NCBI GenBank assembly: GCA_042850255.1
Contig: AP031373.1
Span: 660,001 to 692,000, forward strand
Length of the DNA: 32,000 nt
Reading direction: 5' to 3'
Origin: Nanobdellota archaeon
Lineage (GTDB): Archaea > Nanobdellota > Nanobdellia > Nanobdellales > Nanobdellaceae
In this document: piece after piece, positions 1 through 7,596 of the stretch
Layout of the letters: every line of letters starts with the position of its first letter
Position numbering within the stretch: the first letter of the stretch is position 1
Notes under the pieces: model-generated
What the model was told of the DNA's origin: nothing
Seen by the model: the letters and a program-made list of their open reading frames with translations, nothing else
Database searches by the model: none
Program-made: the position numbers and the translations under genes

Positions 1-432
1 TTTATAGCAAGAGAAATAACTGCAGAAAATTGTAAATGGTATAAAGGAAAAGTAAAACTTAAGGACTTAAAATTTACTGGTTATATAGATGGAATACCTA
101 AAGAGAGATCTGAAAAAATCAAAGAAAAGACTATAGAAGATATAATAAAAATAGAAGATATAAGAAAGAAAATAGAAGAAAATGGTAAAAAATATGAAGA
201 GAAAAGAGGAAATCTAGTTAATGATCCAATAATAGTTGTAAGAGAAGGAGATAAATATAGAATTTTAGATGGAAATGGTAGAGCATTATATAAATTATAT
301 AAATCAAATTTTGATTTAAATACAGAAATAGATGCTTGGATTGGAGAATGTTCATCTAATGAAAGGAAAAATATATGTATACCATTTGGAATTGTCCATT
401 TCTTTGAAAATAATCCTGATCCTGAGTCTTAA
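1..432 (+). CDS. ParB-like nuclease domain protein (5' end lies outside the window)
   Basis: Frame 1 is open from the window edge to TAA at 430-432. The translation contains ...NDPIIVVREGDKYRILDGNGRALYKLY..., the pI.v....y.ilDGxxR signature of the ParB/sulfiredoxin-like (ParBc) fold. Confidence 0.55.
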   Translation, partial: FIAREITAENCKWYKGKVKLKDLKFTGYIDGIPKERSEKIKEKTIEDIIKIEDIRKKIEENGKKYEEKRGNLVNDPIIVVREGDKYRILDGNGRALYKLYKSNFDLNTEIDAWIGECSSNERKNICIPFGIVHFFENNPDPES

Positions 433-449
433 TAAATATTTTATTAATT

Positions 450-953
450 GTGTCTTTTTGGGATTATGGTAGAAAACCATGGAAATATTTAGAATTAATT
501 AAAAATATAGAAGGATATAAATTAATATTTGCAGGAAATTGGAGGATAAAAAGTTTAAGAGAAAAAATTATTAGAAAAATAAAGGAAGAAAAATTGGAAG
601 ATAAAGTGGAATTAAGGGAAAATGTATCTGAATCTGAATTAAATAATTTATATGATAAAAGTAAATTTTTAATAAGATTTGGATTTGGAGAATATGGTCC
701 TTCTATGTTAGTAATAGAATCTATACAACATACTACTCCGGTAATAATAAATGATGAACTTGGTACTGCAGATTTAGTTAATAATTATAAAATTGGATTA
801 GTAACAAAAGGATTAGATTTTAATTCTATTAAAAAATTTATTGAAGAGGTTGATGAAGGAAAATATAAAGAAATGCAGGATAATATTAAAAAGGTACAGA
901 AAATATATTCTTGGGAAAATCATACTAAAAAGTTGGTAGAAAGTATTATATGA
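450..953 (+). CDS. Glycosyltransferase family 1/4, C-terminal Rossmann half only (split gene or truncated remnant)
   Basis: 167 aa with a GTG start. The translation ...GRKPWKYLELIKNIEGYKLIFAGN...VELRENVSESELNNLYDKSKFLIRFGFGEYGPSMLVIESIQHTTPVIINDELGTADLV...GLV matches the GT-B C-terminal domain pattern (E-x-G...E-x...P-V-I). The N-terminal domain of about 170 aa is absent, because the preceding gene ends at 432. Confidence 0.55.
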   Translation: MSFWDYGRKPWKYLELIKNIEGYKLIFAGNWRIKSLREKIIRKIKEEKLEDKVELRENVSESELNNLYDKSKFLIRFGFGEYGPSMLVIESIQHTTPVIINDELGTADLVNNYKIGLVTKGLDFNSIKKFIEEVDEGKYKEMQDNIKKVQKIYSWENHTKKLVESII

Positions 954-1020
954 TCTATCTTTAATATATAATCTTTAGCAAATAATAACAAATACAAATA
1001 GGAAAACTATATATGTTGTT

Positions 1021-1752
1021 TTAAATACAGAAGAATTCTTTAAATGCTAATATTGCAACAATAGAGCTTAGAATAGTTAAAATAAAAGAATTCATAGTAT
1101 TATATATGACATCTGTTATGTTATTAATATTTTGAGGTAAATTTGTGGATAATACCATCGCAGAAATAATAAAAAGTAGAATAAAAGATATTAAAAGAGA
1201 AAAAATAAATGTTGCTTTATTAATATTTTTTATTAGATTTATTATATCTGCAATATTGATTTTATTATTTAAATTTTTCAATATTAATATAAAAAATTCT
1301 GCTGTGAATGACAAAAGAATAAAATACAAAATTGTATCTATAAGGAAAATGAACGATCTTACTAAAAAATTGTTGGAAATAGATAATATAGTAGATATAG
1401 AAATCATACTATATACACCAAAAGAGATGGAAATAAAAATATATATTATTCTATCTGGGAGATATCTAGCCGAAGCTAAAAGTAATAAGAAGAAAAAAAT
1501 AAGGTAATTGAAAACTATCATAGCTAAGAATATTGAAAAAGTTTTAATAGAAAATATGTAGTTAAAATATTTATTACTAAGGAAGTTATATAGTAGTGAG
1601 AATAAAGAGTTGCTGTTTTGATAAATATGGAGGAAATAAGATAAATATATACCTATATAAATTATAAAAAATAATATAAGAATGTAAAATATGATTCTTA
1701 TTCCTATATATGTATACGACATATATTCTTCCTCTTTACATTTTTTCTCCAT
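1021..1752 (-). CDS. Polytopic integral membrane protein, unknown function
   Basis: 243-aa ORF dominated by I/L/F-rich hydrophobic stretches, about 6-7 predicted TM segments by eye. I recognised no motif. Confidence 0.5.
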   Translation of the reverse strand: MEKKCKEEEYMSYTYIGIRIIFYILILFFIIYIGIYLSYFLHIYQNSNSLFSLLYNFLSNKYFNYIFSIKTFSIFLAMIVFNYLIFFFLLLLASARYLPDRIIYIFISISFGVYSMISISTILSISNNFLVRSFIFLIDTILYFILLSFTAEFFILILKNLNNKINIADIINLIKNINKATFIFSLLISFILLFIISAMVLSTNLPQNINNITDVIYNTMNSFILTILSSIVAILAFKEFFCI

Positions 1753-1857
1753 AATAAGACGATATGATAAAAATTTTTTAAGAGGACATCCTTCTCATAT
1801 TTATTCATAAATAAAAAATATATAATTTAGGGAAGTTCAATATTAATTTATAATAAT

Positions 1858-1877
1858 ACACTGAAAAATTTCAGTGT
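1858..1877. promoter_or_regulatory. Palindrome ACACTGAAA-AA-TTTCAGTGT in a divergent intergenic region
   Basis: Perfect 9-bp inverted arms with a 2-nt spacer. They are flanked by imperfectly complementary ATAATAAT / ATTATTAT. The site lies between the divergent genes 1021-1752(-) and 2049-2498(+). Confidence 0.3.
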
Positions 1878-2048
1878 TTATATTATTATATTAATATATA
1901 TGGGAAGAAAAAGAATTTTAATATAAATGACATATATTTCCGAAGGCATCTTGTATATTATCGATCGAATATTTTGTATCCATTTATAAATATGTTTAGC
2001 AAAATCTGGAGTGGTATATAAATCTTTTGGTGGGATAATATTTACGGA

Positions 2049-2498
2049 ATGGAGTACAATATAAATATATTTGGAGTATACACTAAAGTGATAATATTAG
2101 ACAATGAAGAGGAATTGAAGAAATTCAGAAGAATATGTCGGGACTGGGATAAATATATAGTAATATTGAATAAAGAAATTATCGTACCTTCCATGTTGTT
2201 AAATAGAAAAATACTATCTAAAATAAGAAATTTAGTAATTAAAAGAGAAACAAGTTCGAAGTATGAAAATGGTAAAAAGATAACAGTACATTTTTATAGA
2301 ATAAAATTAGAAGATCCCATTAAAAGCATAATAAAGCAAAATAAAAATATAATTGATTATAAGAGGTTTGTAGAAAATCTGGTAAGTCAAAAATATATGG
2401 AATATTATTATAGAAAGGAAAAGAAGCTAAATGACGAAATAAATAAATTAAAGAAAAGTATAGATGATCTATATAATATAATAAGACAAATAAAATAG
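2049..2498 (+). CDS. Hypothetical protein (149 aa)
   Basis: Uninterrupted ORF with genome-typical K/I/N/E composition. The C-terminal part is predicted helical or coiled-coil. No recognisable motif. Confidence 0.45.
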   Translation: MEYNINIFGVYTKVIILDNEEELKKFRRICRDWDKYIVILNKEIIVPSMLLNRKILSKIRNLVIKRETSSKYENGKKITVHFYRIKLEDPIKSIIKQNKNIIDYKRFVENLVSQKYMEYYYRKEKKLNDEINKLKKSIDDLYNIIRQIK

Positions 2499-2521
2499 GT
2501 GAAGAAATATTTATCGATAAA

Positions 2522-2797
2522 TTGATGAGTATAGCATTTAAGAAGAAAATATTATATTATATAAAATTAAGAAAATTAGGATATTCTATATATGAAATAA
2601 TAAGATTATTACCTATAGATAAAAAAGAAAAGGAGTTTTTAATAGAAGTAATAAGTTTAATAAAAATTATAGATGAAAAATTAATAAGAAATTATAATAA
2701 CTTAATTGAAGAATATGAAAATAAAATAAAAGAATATGAAGGAAGAATTAATAAAATAAAAAATAAGTATAGAGAATTAGAAAAGTTATATTTGTAA
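2522..2797 (+). CDS. Small hypothetical protein with a possible N-terminal HTH and C-terminal coiled coil
   Basis: 91 aa. The track start is TTG at 2522 and an ATG follows at 2525. The segment ILYYIKLRKLGYSIYEIIRLL resembles an HTH, followed by a heptad-like EEYENKIKEYEGRINKIKNKYRELEKL. The 3' end overlaps the convergent HEPN-like gene by 12 nt. Confidence 0.4.
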   Translation: MMSIAFKKKILYYIKLRKLGYSIYEIIRLLPIDKKEKEFLIEVISLIKIIDEKLIRNYNNLIEEYENKIKEYEGRINKIKNKYRELEKLYL

Positions 2798-4150
2798 AAT
2801 ATTATCATTTATTTCTCCCAAATCCACATTACTTAATAGTCTTCTTATTTCATTTTCATATTCTTTATCTTTATCTATTAATTTTAAGAATTTATTTTTA
2901 TCTAAAGGAACCTGCATAAAAATAAGTATAGATTCTCTTAGATATTCTAATAATCTTAATAACAATTTTGTTAATTTTCCTATTTCTTCTATAGATTTAT
3001 CGTTATCTGGTATTAAAGTTTCTCCGTGGGCATATGCATTTCTTATTCCATAAGCTTTTGATATATATTTCTTTATGCTGCTTCTTGTGAAATTTTTATT
3101 AGCTATCGATAAAACTTTTCTAATTCTTTTTCTAATTACTTTTTTCTTTTTTCCTTCTTCTTTTCCTAATGAATAAAGTGTTTCTAAACCAAATACTGCG
3201 CTAGTTATCCTATCTTCTATTAAATCATGTCTAAGTAAAGCATCATTATATTCTCCTATTGCTCTACCTATTGGATTAGAAAGGTCAGGATTTTTAAATA
3301 CATATATTGGTATCTTATCTTTTATTTTGTTATAAAATTCCATCAATCTTTTTCCATCTTCTTTGTTTATATGATAAATAGGTGTTTGTACATCTTCAGA
3401 ATAATAATTATCTAAAAATATACTAGGAGTAGAATGTGAAGATTTATCATCCAAAATTGTAAGTTTTCCTACTGTTAAATATACTGCACCTAATTTATAT
3501 AATCTAAGTGCTTGAAGAAATCTGAATAACTCTGTTTTAATTATTTCATCATCATAATTATCAACTGATAATGTAGATGATTCTATTTCTATTTCATATG
3601 ACGTAGAAGAGGATATTTGATTAATATATTTATGTGCTATACTAAGAATATCTGGAGATAAATATTTAGAGCATTCTTGATATAGATCTTCTATAATTTT
3701 TGGATTAAAGTTGGTTTTTCTTATAACTATATTTTCACTAATCTTTATTTCATTTTCATTAGAAGATACATTTTGTAATATAATGCTTGCTTTATATTTT
3801 ATATTTTTTCCTTCTAATCTTTTTATGAAATTATCTGATAATTCTTCTTTATCTACATATATGGATTCTGTAATAAAATCTTCTAATAATTTATCAAAGT
3901 CTATATATTTTATATATTCTTTATCTTTGTAGATATCATTTAATATCTTTACAAAACATTTAAATTTTTCAGAAGATTTGTACTTTCTTCTAACCTCTAT
4001 AGGAAATTTTTTAGAGGTTGCAGTCAAATCATCGTATATCTGTACCTTTTTTATATCCTTATTTTTTTCTTTCCATTCTTTTAATGATTGTTGGATGTCA
4101 TCTGCTATTGTATATAATATTGATCTTACAAGATTTATATTACGATCCAT
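2786..4150 (-). CDS. Large protein with a C-terminal HEPN-like domain (R-x4-H motif), putative RNase or abortive-infection-type effector
   Basis: 454 aa. The C-terminal helical region reads ...DRITSAVFGLETLYS...KAYGIRNAYAHGETL...LLRLLEYLRESI. R370 and H375 (codons 3043-3041 and 3028-3026) form RNAYAH, the HEPN Rx4-6H active-site signature. The N-terminal 300 aa are unassignable. Confidence 0.55.
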   Translation of the reverse strand: MDRNINLVRSILYTIADDIQQSLKEWKEKNKDIKKVQIYDDLTATSKKFPIEVRRKYKSSEKFKCFVKILNDIYKDKEYIKYIDFDKLLEDFITESIYVDKEELSDNFIKRLEGKNIKYKASIILQNVSSNENEIKISENIVIRKTNFNPKIIEDLYQECSKYLSPDILSIAHKYINQISSSTSYEIEIESSTLSVDNYDDEIIKTELFRFLQALRLYKLGAVYLTVGKLTILDDKSSHSTPSIFLDNYYSEDVQTPIYHINKEDGKRLMEFYNKIKDKIPIYVFKNPDLSNPIGRAIGEYNDALLRHDLIEDRITSAVFGLETLYSLGKEEGKKKKVIRKRIRKVLSIANKNFTRSSIKKYISKAYGIRNAYAHGETLIPDNDKSIEEIGKLTKLLLRLLEYLRESILIFMQVPLDKNKFLKLIDKDKEYENEIRRLLSNVDLGEINDNILQI

Positions 4151-4241
4151 AAAAATTATTTTAAAGAGTAACTTAAAAGTAATTTATTCTGAAGACTTAT
4201 ATAATGGACATAAAAGAAGAAATAATATTTACATATTTATT

Positions 4242-4727
4242 ATGGGAGAAAATTGGAAATAAAATAAAAGAAGGTATGAATTTGAAGAAGTAAAAGAATA
4301 TGAAAGAAAAATTAGAGAAGAATATAATAAAAAGAAATTTGAAGATATATTAAATGAATTAAAAAATATACTAGAAAAAGAAAATAAAATTGAGTACTTA
4401 AATATAATATTAAATTCTAATTGGACAAAAGGTACTGTAGAAGTTAGTAAAATAAAACCTGTAGAACCTATATTAGGGGATTTACCAAAAGAAGCTTTAC
4501 AAAGTAATTTATTATATACTGCAGAATTTGTAAAGAAAAATATAAATTACAAAAGTAGTAAATATATAATAAATTTAACTAAAATTTGTGAGATAATAGA
4601 AAATTATCCACCAATTCTTTTACCATATTATAAAGATTATAAATATACAATATTAGATGGAAATCATAGAGCAATAGCATTAACAATATGCGGATATAAT
4701 AAAATACCAGCTTATATAAAAATTTGA
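4242..4727 (+). pseudogene. ParB-like nuclease domain ORF interrupted by an in-frame TAA six codons after its only ATG
   Basis: ATG 4242 encodes MGENWK, then TAA at 4260-4262. The same frame stays open for 154 codons to TGA at 4725-4727. Its translation ends ...VEVSKIKPVEP...YPPILLPYYKDYKYTILDGNHRAIALTICGYNKIPAYIKI (ParBc signature). I read every codon from 4263 to 4727 and found no in-frame ATG, GTG or TTG. Confidence 0.5.
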
Positions 4728-4860
4728 AAATAGTAGATAACAAAAATAATAATATAAAATAATTCTTATTTGTATCATTTTTATCTTATATTAAATTATA
4801 ATTGTAAGAATAACAAATTATAGATTATAAATAAAAAATTAATAATAAAATATTTATTAT

Positions 4861-6492
4861 ATGATAACAGAATTGTCTGAAGATAATAATTTAGTAGGAA
4901 ATAAAGCATCAAATTTATATAAAGCTAAAAAATTAAATATAAATATTCCAAAATCAATTGTTATTACAACGGATACATTTGAAGAATATATTAAAAATAA
5001 AGATATAAATAAAATATTGGATCAATTAGAAAAATATTTAGAAGATTTTAAAAGACCTTTAATATTTAGAAGTTCTACAAATATAGAAGATACATCTGAA
5101 AAATCTTATGCAGGAGTATTTAAATCAGTATTAAATATATATACAAAAGAAGATATGAAAAATGCAATAGAAACAATTTATCAGGATTTTATAAATAAAA
5201 ATATAAATGGAAAAATTGCAATATTAGTTCAGGAACAATTTAGTAAAGGAAAATTTGGAGTAATGTTCGGATTTGATAATAAAATTGTATTAGAAGTTGC
5301 AATAAATGATCCTGAGGGAATAACAAAAGGAAATGCAAAAATAAAAGATTTATATATAATAGAAAAAGATAATTACTATATTTATAATAATAGAAATTGG
5401 AATATATTATTTGATATTGAAATAAATAAAATAAAGGAAATTGATAAAGAATTGAGGAAAATATATTATCCATATGATGCAGAATTTGTAATATATAAAG
5501 GAGAATTTTATTTATTACAAATAAGACCTTTAACTAGAAAACCAAAATTAAATATTGGAAAATCAAATTTATATGGCATTGGAGTATCTTATGGTAAAGC
5601 AATTGGAAGGGTAACATTTTCTGATGAAAATTATGGAAAAGATAAAATATTAGTAGAAGATGAAATACCATTTGATGAAATAGATAAAATAAAAAATTTT
5701 GGTGGAATAATAATTGAACTTGGAACTTTATTATCTCATATATCTATCCATGCAAGAGAATATAATATTCCTGCAATAATTGGAATACCATCAAAATTCT
5801 TTAAAGAAGGTGAATTAATTGAAATTAATGGAGAAACTGGAGAAATTAAATTTTTAGAAAGAGAAGGATTTGAATTACCAAAAATTGAAAAAGAAGTAGA
5901 AATAGTAGATCCGAGAAAATTACAATTAATGGTTATTGATAAATATTCTTTTTTGTTATATCCTAAAGATAAATATAAAATAGTATATTATAGAGATAAT
6001 AGAGGATTAAATATTTTACTAAAATTATCTGAAGATCCTTTAGTAGATGGAGGAGAAGATAATTGGCATACTTATAATAATATTTTAGAATTATCATTAT
6101 TAGATTCTGAAATAAAGGAAGATTTTGAAAAAGCATTAGAAGTAGTAGATAAAGGAGATATTAATAAAATGAAGGAATTGTATAAAATATTTGTAAATAA
6201 AGTAAAAGAATATTATAAATATGCAGAAATAAATAGGGATATATATTATGCAGAAAAAGTATATTCATATATTAGAATAATTGATACAATGACAGTTATA
6301 TATGGACAAAAATTAAGAAATAATAAAGAATATGTAGAATTTATAAAGGAAACTGAAAAAGATGATGTAAAAGAATTTAGAGATATTTATTATTTATTGG
6401 ATAAAATATATGAAGAAATAAAGGATAAATATAAAATAGATAGAAAAGATTATACTTCTAACTTATCTTTCTTTATTGATTTATTAAAATAA
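4861..6492 (+). CDS. PEP synthase / pyruvate-phosphate dikinase-like protein: N-terminal ATP-grasp nucleotide-binding domain, phosphohistidine swivel domain and a non-canonical helical C-terminus
   Basis: 543 aa. The N-terminus (LVGNKASNL...IFRSSTNIEDTSEKSYAGVF...LQIRPLT) matches the PPDK_N/PpsA ATP-grasp. The segment GGIIIELGTLLSHISIHAREYNIPAIIG is the PEP-utilizer mobile domain, with the catalytic His at codon 5737-5739. The last ~210 aa are K/E/Y-rich helical with no PEP/pyruvate TIM-barrel features. Confidence 0.8.
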   Translation: MITELSEDNNLVGNKASNLYKAKKLNINIPKSIVITTDTFEEYIKNKDINKILDQLEKYLEDFKRPLIFRSSTNIEDTSEKSYAGVFKSVLNIYTKEDMKNAIETIYQDFINKNINGKIAILVQEQFSKGKFGVMFGFDNKIVLEVAINDPEGITKGNAKIKDLYIIEKDNYYIYNNRNWNILFDIEINKIKEIDKELRKIYYPYDAEFVIYKGEFYLLQIRPLTRKPKLNIGKSNLYGIGVSYGKAIGRVTFSDENYGKDKILVEDEIPFDEIDKIKNFGGIIIELGTLLSHISIHAREYNIPAIIGIPSKFFKEGELIEINGETGEIKFLEREGFELPKIEKEVEIVDPRKLQLMVIDKYSFLLYPKDKYKIVYYRDNRGLNILLKLSEDPLVDGGEDNWHTYNNILELSLLDSEIKEDFEKALEVVDKGDINKMKELYKIFVNKVKEYYKYAEINRDIYYAEKVYSYIRIIDTMTVIYGQKLRNNKEYVEFIKETEKDDVKEFRDIYYLLDKIYEEIKDKYKIDRKDYTSNLSFFIDLLK

Positions 6493-6509
6493 TTTCTTAA
6501 TTATTAAAA

Positions 6510-7580
6510 ATGGATAAGAAAATATATCTAGATTTAGATGGAACTCTTTTATCAAAATATTTGGATATATTAAATATCTTTAAAAAATATCTTGGAGATG
6601 AAGGATATAAAAAATTTGTTGAATTAGTAGAATTTAATAGAAAGTTGGGAAAGAAAGAAATATCTTTTATAGATATATTAAAACAAATTATAAATAATGA
6701 AGAAATTATTAAGAAAATATATAAAGAAATGAATAAAAAAATATTAAATCAAAATTTGGTAAATATTATAAGAAAAATGAAAAATAGAGGCTGGAAAATT
6801 GTTATTGTAACAAAGAATGAAGAAGTAGATAAATTATTGGAAATGTATAATATAAAAGATATTGCAGATGAAATAGTTATAACAAGGAAACCTGCATTTA
6901 TTAATGCAGATATTTATATAGGAAATGAAGAATATGAAGATATGTTATCTGGAAAATTGATGAATGCATTTACTATTAAAATTTCAGAATTGTCAGATAT
7001 TTCCATTAATTTTGATGATAATATTGAAGATATATTTGTTAATAATGAAGTATATAATTTTCTTTCAAAATATTATAACAATAAATTAAATATTTTATTA
7101 GATTTATTTAATGAAATTGGAATAAATAAAGATTCAAAGATATTGGATTTAAATAAATATTATGTGAAATATTTAAGAGAAAAAGGATATAATGTTTATG
7201 AAGATATTAATGATGAAAAATTTGATTTAATATATATTAATTCTTTTGATAAAGATATTTCAGAATTATTGAATGAATTAAAAAATATATTAAATAAAAA
7301 TGGATGGTTAATAATAAATATAGATAAAGAATTAAAGAATGAAGAAAGGAAAATAATAGACAATCCTAATATATTTGTATATATTCATATAATGCCAAAA
7401 GAAAAATATATTATTTATAAATATGAAATATATGAGAAAAATACCTGTAAAAAATATTTGGGAATAGTAAGAAAAATTAATTATAATATAGAAGATTGGA
7501 AAAATATATTAAAAATATTTAAAAATGTTATAATTAAAGAAATTGACGATGAATATTGGATAATAGTACAAAATAATTAA
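6510..7580 (+). CDS. HAD-superfamily phosphatase-like domain fused to a degenerate class-I methyltransferase-like domain
   Basis: 356 aa. HAD motif I is YLDLDGTL (residues 6-13). The C-terminal half, ILDLNKYYVKYLREKGYNVYEDINDEKFDLIYINSF...LKNILNKNGWLIINI, follows the spacing of MTase motifs I, II and III. However, the glycine-rich SAM loop (GxGxG) is replaced by NKYY. Confidence 0.55.
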   Translation: MDKKIYLDLDGTLLSKYLDILNIFKKYLGDEGYKKFVELVEFNRKLGKKEISFIDILKQIINNEEIIKKIYKEMNKKILNQNLVNIIRKMKNRGWKIVIVTKNEEVDKLLEMYNIKDIADEIVITRKPAFINADIYIGNEEYEDMLSGKLMNAFTIKISELSDISINFDDNIEDIFVNNEVYNFLSKYYNNKLNILLDLFNEIGINKDSKILDLNKYYVKYLREKGYNVYEDINDEKFDLIYINSFDKDISELLNELKNILNKNGWLIINIDKELKNEERKIIDNPNIFVYIHIMPKEKYIIYKYEIYEKNTCKKYLGIVRKINYNIEDWKNILKIFKNVIIKEIDDEYWIIVQNN

Positions 7581-7596
7581 ATATAATTTTTTATAT

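Noticed and set aside
1145-1507. 120-aa plus-strand ORF inside the 1021-1752 membrane-protein gene
   Set aside because: It is entirely antisense to a longer ORF with coherent hydrophobic TM periodicity. Long spurious antisense frames are common in sequence this AT-rich.
1971-1980. Extra TTTGTATC half-sites (1971-1980, and 4769-4776 upstream of PpsA-like gene 1) as evidence for a shared regulon with the 9667-9774 palindromes
   Set aside because: An AT-rich 8-mer is expected a few times by chance in 32 kb of this composition on two strands. Neither site has the inverted partner arm.
3711-4262. Plus-strand ORFs 3711-3932 and 3978-4262 antisense to the HEPN-like gene
   Set aside because: They give low-complexity F/S/L/I-rich translations embedded antisense in the 454-aa ORF. 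Only the last 7 codons of the second (MGENWK-stop) are relevant, as the possible start of the interrupted ParB-like frame.
5240-5473. 77-aa minus-strand ORF inside PpsA-like gene 1
   Set aside because: It is antisense to a gene with strong family motifs, and its translation is low-complexity (L/F/Y/Q).
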